A DNA stretch of 64,000 nucleotides from Octopus vulgaris (lineage: Eukaryota): positions 12,462,001 to 12,526,000 of the forward strand of contig OX597817.1 of assembly GCA_951406725.2 (NCBI GenBank), read 5' to 3'. Below the pieces are notes generated by a model. The model had not been told where the DNA came from. It saw nothing but the letters and a program-made list of their open reading frames with translations, and searched no databases. Below, in pieces: positions 13,173 to 25,172 of this stretch. Numbering within the stretch: position 1 is the stretch's first letter; the number at the start of each line of letters is the position of its first letter. The translations under genes and the position numbers were made by a program.

Positions 13173-13619
13173 GTTAGTTAAATTAGTACCTTTTTTCTTT
13201 TCTTTTTTGTCAATTATTTTCTTTCCTATGTTATATTTTGTTAAGAGAGGTGGTAAAATTTATTTTTCAGTATTTCCAATTATTAAGGGCTTTTGTGCTT
13301 TATCATAACAGAATTATTTCCATTTATATTACAGCTTTTTTTCTATTCAATCCACTTTTATAGATTTACAAAATTCCCTTCCCCACTCTCTCTCTCCCCT
13401 CAAACATACACACAGCCCCCCACACACACACACATTTATCTATGACAGTAATAGGTAACAGCTTTTCTGTTAGGCATGTTAAATTCGGTTTCCATTTCCT
13501 CCTCTAATGTCGTTAATTAATGAAGGTTCATCCTGTAACTCAATTAGGTCATTAGAGTACCACTGCAGATCTAGGGTTCGTGTACCTCAAGGAAAGGATA
13601 TCAAAATGATTTCTCTTTT

Positions 13620-14092
13620 GCTGCAAAGGACTTGGAGTTGCCACTATGAAAGGCTGCTAAATGAAGAGAATGAATGGGAGAAAGTGAGTCTGCCAAATGT
13701 CAACCCAACAGAGGGACCAGCTATCCAAATTGACAATACCTTGGTAGATAAAGCAAGGACGAGCATGAAAACAGGGAAAGCCCCTGGCCCATCAGGAATC
13801 ACTGCAGAGATACTTAAAATATCTGGCAGTGTCAGCTATAGTCTAGTCCTCCGTATAGTCAGATACATGTAGGAGTCATACCCAATGACTGGTGTAGCTG
13901 CACCATGGTCAACTGCTACAAAGGTAAAGGTGATGCATTAGCTAGGAATAATTACAATGGTATCAAGTTATGGGATCAGGTAATGAAAGTCACAGAGATC
14001 GTCATAGCCCAGCTAATTAGGAAGAGAGTTAGTTTAGACAAGATGCAGTTTGGATTTGTGCCAAGGAAAAGCACCACTGATGCTATATTAGA
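13620..14092 (+). mobile_element. RTE-clade LINE reverse transcriptase fragment
   Basis: HYERLLNEENEW...MKTGKAPGPSGITAEILK...IPNDW...YKGKGDAL..NNYNGIKL...QFGFVPRKSTTDAI, with frameshifts. Confidence 0.85.
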
Positions 14093-15262
14093 CTGTATGA
14101 CACATTCACACTCACTTGCCCCCTTTCACCTCCTTGTTCCTTCACCTGTCTTCATCATCTGTTTTCTTTAACTATATATAAATATCATCATCATCATAAT
14201 CATCATTTAACGTCCGCTTTCCATGCTTGCATGGGTTGGATGATTTGACTGAAGACTGGTGAACCAGATGGCTACACCAGGCTCCAATCTTGATCTGGCA
14301 ATGTTTCTACAGCTGGATGCCCTTCCTAATGTCAACCACTCCGAGAGTGTAGTGGGTGTTTTTACGTGCCACCGGCATGAGGGCCAGTCAGGCGGTACTG
14401 GCAATGGCCATGCACAAATGGTGTATTTTATGTGCCACCTGCACAGGAGCTAATCCAGTGGCACTGGCAACGACCTTGCTCAAGTGTTTTTTCACGTGCC
14501 ACCGGCACAAGTACCAGTAAGGTGATGCTGGTAATGATCACGCTCGAATGGTGCTTTTTACGTGCCACCAGCACAGAAGCCAGTTAGCTGCTTGGATGAT
14601 GCTCTTACCACTCCACTAGCACGAATGAGCAATGATCACGCTCATCATCATTGTTTAACATCCGTTTTCCATGCTAGCATGGGTTGGACAGTTCAACTGG
14701 GGTCTGGGAAGCCAGAAGGCTGCGCCAGGCCCAGTCTGATCTGGCAGTGTTTCTACAGCTGGATGCCCTTCCTAACGCCAACCACTCCGTGAGTGTAGTG
14801 GGTGCTTTTTATGTGCCACCCGCACAGGTGCCAGGCGAGGCTGGCAAACGGCCACGATAGGATGGTGCTTTTTCCGTGCCACCGGCACGGAGGCCAGTCG
14901 GGGTGGCGCTGGCAACGGCCACGTTCGGATGGTTCTCTTACATGCCACCGGCACTGGTATCTCAGATGGTGTTCTTAGCACTCCACTAGCACGGATGAGA
15001 GAAAGAGAGAGAATATAAGGACCTTTGGTAAAAGGAATGAATGTATTAAATGGACTCCAATAAATCGCTAGCAGGATGAGAATGCAAAACAAAAGCATGA
15101 CTTTCGTGTTTAAAAAATAGTCCAACATTTTATTGTTTATGCCAACCATTTACTCTATGGTTGCATTTAATATTCTGCTGCAAGATACAATGAAATTAAA
15201 CACATTTCTTTCATTCTTTTATAATTTCTTACCTGCTTCTCACTTTTTCCCTTAATTTACAG

Positions 15263-15345
15263 GCATTGAATGGGACCACATGATAAAGAATCTGACTGAA
15301 GCTTGCATGAAGTTCGAAATTCTCAGCACTAACTGCCGTAACCCA
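15263..15345 (+). CDS. DALRD3: DALRD3 exon
   Basis: ttaatttacAG|...CCA|GTaaga; 83 nt, phase 1/0; (G)IEWDHMIKNLTEACMKFEILSTNCRNP, matching the KFEMLST motif. Confidence 0.88.
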
Positions 15346-16317
15346 GTAAGAATAACTTTATAATACGGCCCTTTTTATCATTATAATCCTTAGCTTAAAA
15401 TATCTGAATTTCTTTTGTTTTTAATCTGTTATGATTTAGACAGATCTTCAGTGCAGCAATTATCATTTTTGGCAATGAGGGAGACTTTAACACAGCCACT
15501 TGGCTTGCAAGAAATAACAGCCAAACATCCTCCAAATCACAACCTGCCATAAAAAGTGGGAGGATACATTAGATATTGTAGTTCTTGATATACAGACAAG
15601 CTTGTCATGGCTGGAATGCCTTCTATCATAGGTCTGTTTGATTGGAGTTGATCTGGGCCTAAACAACAGCAACAAATTTCTGCTCAGGCAAAAGGCAGAT
15701 GGTGCGAAGCCTATCTACGGAATATAAGATACAGCAAGGTAAAGAGACAGCCAAGGCTGGAAAGTAACAACTCGAAATGGTCCATTTGAAAGGTAATATT
15801 GGTCCACAAATGGCCTGAGAGAGTGCCAGGTTGCGAAAGGGATCAGCTGATATAATCAACTGATGTGGACACGATGGTATGAACACATGGATGATACACC
15901 ATGTTGCCATTGCTGTCACTGTCTTTATCGCTTTCCATGCTTGCATGGGTTGGACAGATTTCATTGAGACAGGTTTTCTAAGGCCAAGTATCTTTCCTGT
16001 TGCCAACCCCTGTCTATAGTAGTTCTCCATGGTCAGGCACATTTTCACAGAATATATTGGAAATGAATAATACCGTTTGTATGAGAGTGGCATTCATTAA
16101 CATCAATCATGCAATGTCAAAACAAGGCACAAACACATACACATTTTCACTTACTCACACATGATGGGCTTCCACATAGCTTCCATCTACCAAATGCACT
16201 CAAGAGGCTTTGGTTGGCCCGGGGCTGTAATAGAAAACACTTTTTAAACCTCTGCCTCATTTTTTCTTTCATGGAATGTCAACATTCTTCAAGTTGCACA
16301 TGTATTGACCCTCACAT

Positions 16318-16388
<71 letters not shown>

Positions 16389-16758
16389 TAAACACACACA
16401 CACACACACACTATGGGCTTCCATACAGTCTTTGTCTCCCAATTAAACTCAGCTTGAGGCTGTAATAAGAAACTTGCCTAAGATATCATACAGTGAGATA
16501 AACCTCAAGAACTCAAAACTGCACAGTAGAAAGCAAACTCCATATTTATACTGTCATACCTACACCTATTAATCTTGAAGAATACAATCTGTAAGATTTG
16601 ACCTCACCAGTCTAAAAGGGCCTGCAAGTTAAAAATCAAAGGGCCCTTCTGCACCACTTCCTGTCTAACATATCAAACAACAATTTCAAAACTTCTAAAA
16701 GACACACTATACACGATAATGTAATCTAAGATGAAGAAATCATATTTTCTCTCAACAG

Positions 16759-16891
16759 CTCAAGTTAGACCTGTCTGATACGTCAAAAAATATGGAAGAC
16801 CATGTTGACAATTGTGGTGGCCCTTTTGTCATGTATAATTGTGCTCGTCTAGCAATGCTTTTTCGGAAATTTGACAAAGATGTTAAAAACG
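16759..16891 (+). CDS. DALRD3: DALRD3 exon, start of DALR anticodon-binding domain
   Basis: ttttctctcaacAG|...AACG|GTgagc; 133 nt, phase 0/1; LKLDLSDTSKNMEDHVDNCGGPFVMYNCARLAMLFRKFDKDVKN with the diagnostic FVMYNCARL motif. Confidence 0.93.
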
Positions 16892-17514
16892 GTGAGCATT
16901 ATTATTTTTGTTGCTGTTGTTGTCATTTATCATTAACAGTGGCATAGGAGTGGCTGTGTGGTAAGTAGCTTGTTTACCAACCACATGGTTCCGGGTTCAG
17001 TCCCACTGCGTGGCACCTTGGGCAAGTGTCTTCTACTATAGCCTCGGGCAGACCAAAGCCTTGTGAGTGGATTTGGTAGACGGAAACTGAAAAGAAGCCC
17101 GTTGTATATATGTATATATATGCGTGTGTGTGTTTGCATGTCTGTGTTTGTCCCCCTAGCATTGCTTGACAACCGATGCTGGTGTGTTTATGTCCCCGTT
17201 ACATAGCGGTTCGGCAAAAGAGACCGATAAAATAAGTACTGGGCTTACAAAAGAATAAGTCTCAGGGTCGAGTTGCTCGATTAAAGGCGGTGCTCCAGCA
17301 TGGCCACAGTCAAATGACTGAAACAAGTAAAAGAGCGGATTGGCAGAACTAAATGCCTTACGGTATTTAGTTTGCTAAATATAGAGAAGCAGTCAAGTTA
17401 AAATAGTGCACCATCAGTCAAGATACTACAGTTGATATAATTCATTGTTCCCATGCCCAAAATTTCTGTCCCTGTGCTTCTGTAAGAAATTATTATTACC
17501 ATTAGTAAAAAGCA

Positions 17515-18773
17515 TGGAGGCACTTGGCTTAGTGGTTAGGGTGTCAGCATCATGATCGTAAGATTGTGGTTTCGATTCCTGGACCGGGCGATGCGTTGTG
17601 TTCTTGAGCAAAACACTTCATTTCACGTTGCTCCAGTCCACTCAGCTGGCAAAAATGAGTAACGCTGTGATGGACCGGTGTCCCGTCCAGCTGGGGAACA
17701 CATACGCCATTGAAACCGGGCCCATGAGCCTGGCTAGGCTTTAAAAGGGCGCATCTATTTAAAGTGGAGGCACGTGGTTTAGTGGTTAGTGTGTTAGCAT
17801 CATGATCGTAAGATTGTGGTTTCGATTCCTGGATCGGGCAACGCGTTGTGTTCTTGAGCAAAACACTTCATTTCACGTTGCTCCAATCCACTCAGCTGGC
17901 AAAAATGAGTAACGCTGTGATGGACCGGTGTCCCGTCCAGCTGGGGAACACATACGCCATTGAAACCGGGCCCATGAGCCTGGCTAGGCTTTAAAGGGCG
18001 CATCTATTTAAAGTGGAGGCACGTGGTTTAGTGGTTAGTGTGTTAGCATCATGATCGTAAGATTGTGGTTTCGATTCCTGGATCGGGCAACGCGTTGTGT
18101 TCTTGAGCAAAACACTTCATTTCACGTTGCTCCAATCCACTCAGCTGGCAAAAATGAGTAACGCTGTGATGGACTGGCGTCCCGTCCAGCTGGGGAACAC
18201 ATACGCCATTGAAACCGGGCCCATGAGCCTGGCTAGGCTTTAAAAGGGCGCATCTATTTAAAGTGGAGGCACGTGGTTTAGTGGTTAGTGTGTCAGCATC
18301 ATGATCGTAAGATTGTGGTTTCGATTCCTGGATCGGGCAACGTGTTGTGTTCTTGAGCAAAACACTTCATTTCACGTTGCTCCAGTCCACTCAGCTGGCA
18401 AAAATGAGTAACGCTGTGATGAACTGGCGTCCCGTCCAGCTGGGGAACACATACGCCATTGAAACCGGGCCCATGAGCCTGGCTAGGCTTTAAAAGGGCG
18501 CATCTATTTAAAGTGGAGGCACGTGGTTTAGTGGTTAGTGTGTCAGCATCATGATCGTAAGATTGTGGTTTCGATTCCTGGATCGGGCAACGTGTTGTGT
18601 TCTTGAGCAAAAAACTTCATTTCACGTTGCTCCAATCCACTCAGCTGGCAAAAATGAGTAACGCTGTGATGGACTGGCCTCCCATCCAGCTGGGGAACAC
18701 ATATGCCATAGAAACTGGGAAACCGGGCCCATGAGCCTAGCTAGGCTTTAAAAGGGGGCATTTATTTTTTTTT
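17515..18773 (+). mobile_element. Head-to-tail array of five ~250-bp tRNA-derived SINE family B units
   Basis: Units start at about 17515, 17764, 18013, 18263 and 18513. The whole array is flanked by the 14-bp TSD attagtaaaaagca (17501-17514, 18774-18787). Confidence 0.93.
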
Positions 18774-18849
18774 ATTAGTAAAAAGCACCAGTAAAGTGGT
18801 TGCTGTTAGGAAGGCATCTGGCCATAGAAACCAAGCCAATACAGATTAA

Positions 18850-19068
18850 CCCTTTTGTTACCAACCTGGCTGAAACAGCCTCTGGCTCTGTTGTACAAAT
18901 GTCTTGTTTTCATAAGTTTAGAATTAAAATCTTCCACCAAACCTTAATCACAATTTATGTTCCTAACACTAGCTGAATGATAAGTAAGTTATTTTACTAA
19001 ATTCTTTGTTATATTTAAAGTAATTGAAAGAAACAGAGCATCTCAAAATAAATACAGTAACAAAAGGG
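18850..19068. mobile_element. TTAA-specific (piggyBac-type) MITE
   Basis: TTAA|cccttttgttac...gtaacaaaaggg|TTAA. Relatives lie at 398-567 and 7114-7649, the latter interrupted by an RTE UTR. Confidence 0.8.
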
Positions 19069-19655
19069 TTAAAGAACCTGGTACAACTGACCTTGCCAGT
19101 TCCTGTTAAGCCATCTGACCCATGCCAGCATAGAAAACAGCTGTTAAATGTTGATGATGATGATGATTATCACTCTCACATTACTAAAGATTAGGTCTTC
19201 TGATTTTCCTTGTGTTACATTCTTAGCAATAACTTGTTAATTTCTTCCATGCTTTCCTTTGCTGTGTGCACATGTTTTTGTATATGTCTGCATGCTTGCA
19301 TATCTGTTTTAATGTGTATGCATCATCATCATCATCATCATCGTTTAACGTCTGCTTTCCATGCTAGCATGGGTTGGACGATTTGACTGAGGACTGGCAA
19401 ACCAGATGGCTGCACCAGGCTCCAATCTTGATCTGGCAGAGTTTCTACAGCTGGATGCCCTTCCTAACGCCAACCACTCCGAGAGTGTAGTGGATGCTTT
19501 TACATGCGGCACGAGGGCCAGTCTGTGTATATGTCTGTATATGTATGTAGAAAAAAGAATAATGTTTAAATAATTTAGATGATTGTATTATGTGTTGCCA
19601 AACATGACAAAGTTACATGCGTTCTTATTTTGTGCTCAATTTTCTCATACTTCAG

Positions 19656-19714
19656 GTACTTACCCTAGTCTGCCTAACTTGTCGCAGTGTGATATGAGTC
19701 TTCTTAAACTTGAG
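19656..19714 (+). CDS. DALRD3: DALRD3 exon
   Basis: tttctcatacttcAG|...GAG|GTaagt; 59 nt, phase 1/0; (G)TYPSLPNLSQCDMSLLKLE. Confidence 0.9.
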
Positions 19715-20742
19715 GTAAGTTATTGCTATTGGTATTGTCCAACTCGGTGAAGGTGCATGGCTCAGTAGTTAGAGCATCAGGCTCACAATCATGTGGTAGT
19801 GAGTTCGAATCCCGGAGCAGGCTATGCGTTGTGTTCTTGAGCAAGACACTTTATTTCATGTTGCTCCAATTTCCTCAGCTGTAGAAATGAGTTGCTTTTC
19901 CCTTGGATAACATCAATGGTGTAGAGAGGAAAGGCTGGTATGCATGGGCCTCTACTGGTCTTCCTTAAACAACCTTTCCCAGACTTGTGCCTCAGAGGGT
20001 AACTTTCTAGGTGCAATCCCATGGTCATTTATGACTGTAGGGGTTTTTACCCTTTTTTTGTATTGTTTAACCCAGGTCAGTTGCATAGTTTATTGGTGGC
20101 TATTCACACGAACAGATGTGACCCTCTGTATGCTAGAGACTCTGGTAGTGACAGTAGGAAGCTCTTCCCTTGTATATCTTTTACTTGTTTCAGTCATTTG
20201 ACTGTGGCCATGCTAGGGCACTGCCTTGAAGGATTTTTAGTCAAACCAACCAACCCCAGGGCTTATTTTTTTAAAGCCTTGTACTTATTCTCTTTTGTTG
20301 AACTGCTAAGTTATTGGGATGTAAACACACCAACACTGGTTCTCAAGCAGTGGTGGGGAACAAACATAGGCACAAAGAAACACACACACACAAAACAGGC
20401 TTCTTTCAGTTTCCATCTACTAAATCCATTCACAAAGCTTTGGTCAGCCTGATGCTATGGTAGAAGACACTTGGCCAAAGTGCCACAGAGTAGGACTAAA
20501 CCTGGAACCATGTAATTGGGAGGCAAGCTTCTTACCACACAGCCACGCCTGGACCTGTATTTGTATAACTATAAAATCAGTACTGCTCTAGTGACCCAGA
20601 ACAATACCTCATCGTTTACTGTATAAATTGGCAACCCCACCCATTTACATATGTCAGCTGTATCATCCAATCATAATTTCCTTATCTAAAATACAAAAAA
20701 TAAATAAATAATAAAACAAATGCATGAATGTTTTATTCAATA

Positions 20743-21107
20743 TTAGCACTATGACCCGGTGTTGCTGGGTCATAGTGTTAGTGCATGCATATACAGCTGC
20801 GTGCATGCGCTCATACACGCGAGTACTGTCCAAATCTCCGACTAATCACATACAGTTAGCTGGTATTCAGTTAGCGTATCAAGTTTCGGGCATTTTGATT
20901 GGGTTTTGGATAGAAAATTCACAAAAAAGTAACTTCTATTGATTTTTTAATGGCTTTTGCGGGGTGACTGAGGAAATGTAAAGATGTGCACGACCACCCT
21001 TGGACGGTTTTGAATGACCATAGAAAGTGCGAGCCCTTTAACTGAAAAATTGTGGATTTGTATAAAGGACACACACACAGACATTTTGCCATTTATATAT
21101 AGAGAGA
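20743..21107 (-). mobile_element. Non-autonomous Helitron
   Basis: Minus strand A|TCtctctatatataaa start, hairpin cccagcaacaccggg, CTAA|T end (one change from CTAG). Confidence 0.62.
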
Positions 21108-21136
21108 TTTCTTATTTGTTTTTTTTTTACTTTCAG

Positions 21137-21244
21137 GAAGAATGGACACTTCTTTATAATTTTGTGGAACCATACCCCAGTTTAGTACAGAGCACTGTCC
21201 CTACCATCGGAGATTGTTTATATTTAAATATTCAAACTCATAAG
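21137..21244 (+). CDS. DALRD3: DALRD3 exon
   Basis: tttttactttcAG|...AAG|GTaatt; 108 nt, phase 0/0; EEWTLLYNFVEPYPSLVQSTVPTIGDCLYLNIQTHK. Confidence 0.9.
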
Positions 21245-21488
21245 GTAATTTAACGATTATATTTGATAATGACTCTTCTTCTTTTACACACCAAGTCAGG
21301 GTATTAATAGAAATTACTTTCTCAGTCACAAAGATATCAGTACTAAAGTTCTACTTGGCAAAATTTGAATTCTGAAGGACATGGTACCGAATTAGATAAG
21401 CCTATTTGTGGAAAGCACTCATTCTTCTTTGAGTTTCAGACAATTGTTCAGTCATTCTAACTAGTTCAGAAGAATCATGAATCTCAAA

Positions 21489-21887
21489 TCTTTATATATA
21501 AAAGTGAAGTTGTGTGTCTGTCTCCTACGATTTAGATTCATAACTACTCCCACATTTTGCGGTGCCGTTTAACCAAAATCGGGTATCTTATAGTCGTGAT
21601 TCATATCGAGCCCTTCTGGGTATTAACACGCGTCTATGATGAGTCTACGATTTAAAAAAAAAATTTACCATCATTTTTTTCCATTTTAATGCATTTTTTT
21701 CGCTATTATATAAGGGAAGTAACTCTCTAAAAATGTCTACGATGAGTCAACGATTTTTAAAAAAATTTACTATAATTTTTTTTCCATTTTTAATGCATTT
21801 TTTTGCTAGTTTTTGGCTATAACTCTCTAAAAATGCTTTATAGTTATTTCCCTTGCAAACCCGAGCAACGCCGGGCAATACTGCTAG
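21489..21887 (+). mobile_element. Non-autonomous Helitron
   Basis: A|TCtttatatataaaa start, subterminal hairpin cccgagcaacgccggg, CTAG|T end, internal duplication. Confidence 0.8.
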
Positions 21888-22710
21888 TAGTATATAAACT
21901 ATTTTAAGATTTATAAGAACGACTTTCAAACTTTAAAGCTTGGCATCTTGAAGTTGGTTTATACTGATATCATTCTTTGCTGTTAGTATGTAAATATGTT
22001 ATTTTCATGAATTACTGTTATAACAGAAAGGCTGCTGCTGCTGCTGCTGCTTCTTCTTCTTCTCCTCCTCCTCCTCCTCCTCCTCCTCCTTCTTTCATTT
22101 TCTTTTTCTTCTTATCCTCATCCTCATCCTCCTTCTTCTTCCTCTCCTCCTCCTCCTTCTCCTCCTTGCTGCTGCTGCTGCTGCTGCAGTGAGCTGGCAG
22201 AATTGTTAGCATGCTAGACGAAACGCTTAGCGTTTTTTCACCCATCGCTACGTTCTGATTTCTAATTGCACCGAGGTCGACTTTGCCTTTCATCTTTTCG
22301 GGGTTGATAAAATTAAGTACCAGTTGCACACTGGGGTTGATCTAATCGACTGACCCCTTCCCCCAAAATTTCAGGCCTTGTGCCTTTAGCAGAAAGGATT
22401 ATTATTATTATTATTATTATTTGGGAGGCGGCAAGCTTAGAGGTATTTTGTCTGCCTTCATGCTCTGAGTTCAAATTCCACCGAGGTTGACTTTACCTTT
22501 CATCCTTCCGAGGTCAATAAATTAAGTACCAGTGAAACACTGGGGTCAATGTAATCAACTAGTCTCCACCCCTAAAATTTCAGGCTTTGTGCCTATAGTA
22601 GAAAGGATTATTATTATTATTATTAATTTGTCTTCTCTCCATAGCTTTGTCTGAAAGAAAAATACATGAATGCTAAATGTTTCACTTCAAATATCCAATT
22701 TATGCTTCAG

Positions 22711-22779
22711 GTTGCTGGTTTTTTGGTGTCATTAAGTCACTGCTTAAGTTCCTACTACAGTCGAGTTCATGTTCTTGGC
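22711..22779 (+). CDS. DALRD3: DALRD3 exon
   Basis: tatgcttcAG|...GGC|GTaagt; 69 nt, phase 0/0; VAGFLVSLSHCLSSYYSRVHVLG, matching the SSYYNRVHILG motif. Confidence 0.93.
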
Positions 22780-23310
22780 GTAAGTATACTTGTTTTGTAC
22801 CTTGCACTAATTTGTTTACTACCTCAGGGATTTCATTATCATCATCGTTTAATGCGTCCATCTTCCATGCATGCATGGTTAGGACAGATAACAGGAACCA
22901 GCAAAGTAGAAAAACTACCCTGGGCTACTGTATCTGTTTTGGATGAGATTTTGCAGCTGGATGCCCTTCCTAACACCAGCTATTCTGTAGAGCATTCTCA
23001 GTGTTTTTTACGTGGCACTAGCACTGTTTCTCTCAGAGCCTTTTGTAGCTCTGTCTAATTATCCCATCCCCACCTTTTTTTTTCAGGGTGTGCTCTCTTC
23101 CTCATTCCTTATAGGTTCCAAGTCAGGATGTCTCAGGGCCTGTGAGTTTCCTTGGTTACTCTGGGTGGTATTTTCTTCCCTATTGGGAAATTTGATTTGT
23201 CATAATTCTCTTGTTTAACATCAATGTTTATATGTTTATGTAAATCCCCACATTTGTTTGTTCCATATGTTTTTTATAGAATTATTATCATTATTATTAT
23301 TATTATTATT

Positions 23311-24429
23311 AGAGAGCAGTGCATGCCATCAAAGTGACACTGGGGTAAAATATACGAAGCCCATTATACCCATCATGACTACCCATCTGATAAGGGTACA
23401 CCAGGCACATGCATCGCAACCATTTGTGCACAACATGGTGATCTCATATCAAGATAAACAGCGCATGACCTTGCAGGTGGGGCCCACCTTCTGGTCGAGT
23501 AGCCCATCCCGCTCAAAAGGTCCCTGAATATGGATTGTTTAAGGATGTTGAGCGAACCACCCATGTTTCCAGAGGTGAATTATCCAAATCTCTAAGAATT
23601 CCTTTCAGTACATGGCTATGATGCTCCCCGACTACTTCTGCTCGTGGTCAGAGATGCACATATCGTCAGCCACTAAGGGACATGTTCAACTGGTTAAGGT
23701 CAAACAACTGACAGGCAAATTTGTGGTATTGAGCAGAATATTTGCTGTAGCCCATCTTTTATACCAAGACAAAACAATGTACATGATAACACTTCCAATC
23801 AGTTAAGATCAGAAGCCATGAGAGCCACTGCCTGGTACTGCATCAGGGCATTTATTATTATTATTATTATTATTGAGTGAGAGAGCAGTGCATGCCATCA
23901 AAGTGACACTGGGGTAAAATATATGGAGCCCAGTATACCCATCATGACTACCCGTCTGATAAGGGTACACCAGGCACATGCATCACAACCATATGTGCGC
24001 GACATGGTGATCCCATACCAAGATAAACAGCACATGACCTTGCAGGTGGGGCCCAGTTAGAATTTTCTTCTGGTCGAGTAACCCATCCCGCTCAAACGGT
24101 CCCTGAATAAGGGTCGTTTAAGGATGTTGAACGAAACACCCATGTTTCCAGAGGTGAATTATTCAAACCCCAAAGAATCCCTCTCAACACATGGCTATGA
24201 TGCTCCCCCACTACTTCTGCTCATGATCAGAGATGCACATATCATCAGACACTAAGGGACATGCTCAACTGGTTAAGGTCAAACAACTGACAGGCAAATT
24301 TGTGGTATTGAGCAGAATATTTGCTGTAGCCCATCTTTTATACCAAGACAAAACAATGTACATGATAACACTTCCAATCAGTTAAGATCAGAAGCCATGA
24401 GAGCCACTTCCTGGTACTGCATCAGGGCA
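23311..24429. mobile_element. Two tandem copies of a ~550-bp non-coding element embedded in (ATT)n
   Basis: 23311-23850 and 23875-24429 are diverged direct copies, each bounded by (ATT)n on both sides. Confidence 0.85.
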
Positions 24430-24442
24430 TTTATTATTATTA

Positions 24443-24490
<48 letters not shown>

Positions 24491-24642
24491 TATGTTTGAC
24501 TTTTGCTTTATATTTGTACAAGTTGGCTCCAAGTCTCACCCAGAGACCTCAAGAGACAACAGGTTGGAAGTTCACGTTGTTGTTATGCCTAGTGTGCCAT
24601 ATATTTGGGGTTTTTTTTCTTCTCTCTTCTTCTTTTTTTTTT

Positions 24643-24790
24643 ATTATTATTATTATTATTGCTATTATCATTACTATTATTATTATCGTCATCTTTATTA
24701 TTATTACTATTATCGTCATCTTTATTATTATTATCATTATTATCATTATTATTATTATTATTATTATTACTATTATTATTATCATCATCT

Positions 24791-24821
<31 letters not shown>

Positions 24822-24845
24822 TATTATTATCATCATCTTTATTAC

Positions 24846-24882
<37 letters not shown>

Positions 24883-24911
24883 GTTATTATTATTATCTTA
24901 ATCATTATTAT
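24643..24911. repeat. (ATT)n microsatellite (representative)
   Basis: Direct reading. Similar tracts lie at 24430-24489, 28068-28304, 44318-44394 and 47794-47928. (CT)n is at 16319-16384, (TG)n at 38404-38481, (CATA)n at 40007-40127, 41420-41637, 43424-43494 and 55260-55322, and (GA)n at 52673-52751. Confidence 0.95.
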
Positions 24912-24917
24912 CTGCAG

Positions 24918-25037
24918 GAGCCACGTCGACATCTTTTACCTTTGATGTACGCTCGATTACATCTTCTTACTGCTGTTCACCAAGTCATGTTAAATGGCCT
25001 GCAACTGCTCAACATTCAACCAGCTTCACAACTGTAA
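24918..25037 (+). CDS. DALRD3: DALRD3 terminal coding exon
   Basis: ctgcAG|GAG...TAA; EPRRHLLPLMYARLHLLTAVHQVMLNGLQLLNIQPASQL*, matching the DALR-domain C-terminus EPRPHLFGQMFVRLQLL...LGLPPLSHI. Confidence 0.92.
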   Translation, partial: EPRRHLLPLMYARLHLLTAVHQVMLNGLQLLNIQPASQL

Positions 25038-25061
25038 CACTTGGCAGAAAATCCAACAGAT

Positions 25062-25097
<36 letters not shown>

Positions 25098-25166
25098 CCT
25101 GCATGTGTGTGTGTGTATGCGAATATCTTTCTCACTCTCTCTGCTTGAGAGTCTATTTATCTATAC

Positions 25167-25172
25167 AATAAA
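25167..25172 (+). promoter_or_regulatory. Candidate polyadenylation signal of DALRD3
   Basis: First AATAAA, 130 nt after the stop codon. The hexamer is common in AT-rich DNA. Confidence 0.35.

Noticed and set aside
17515-18773. CRISPR-like array or tRNA gene cluster
   Set aside because: Units are contiguous 250-bp copies without unique spacers. The heads are tRNA-like but continue into a SINE body, and a TSD-flanked monomer exists at 63401.
1198-24917. Intronic miRNA as in vertebrate DALRD3 (miR-191/425)
   Set aside because: No recognisable sequence; the hairpins seen derive from transposons.
24397-25037. Long poly-Ile/Tyr/Leu ORFs (also 27969, 41290-41740, 47730-48448)
   Set aside because: Translations of microsatellites; only 24918-25037 is a real exon.
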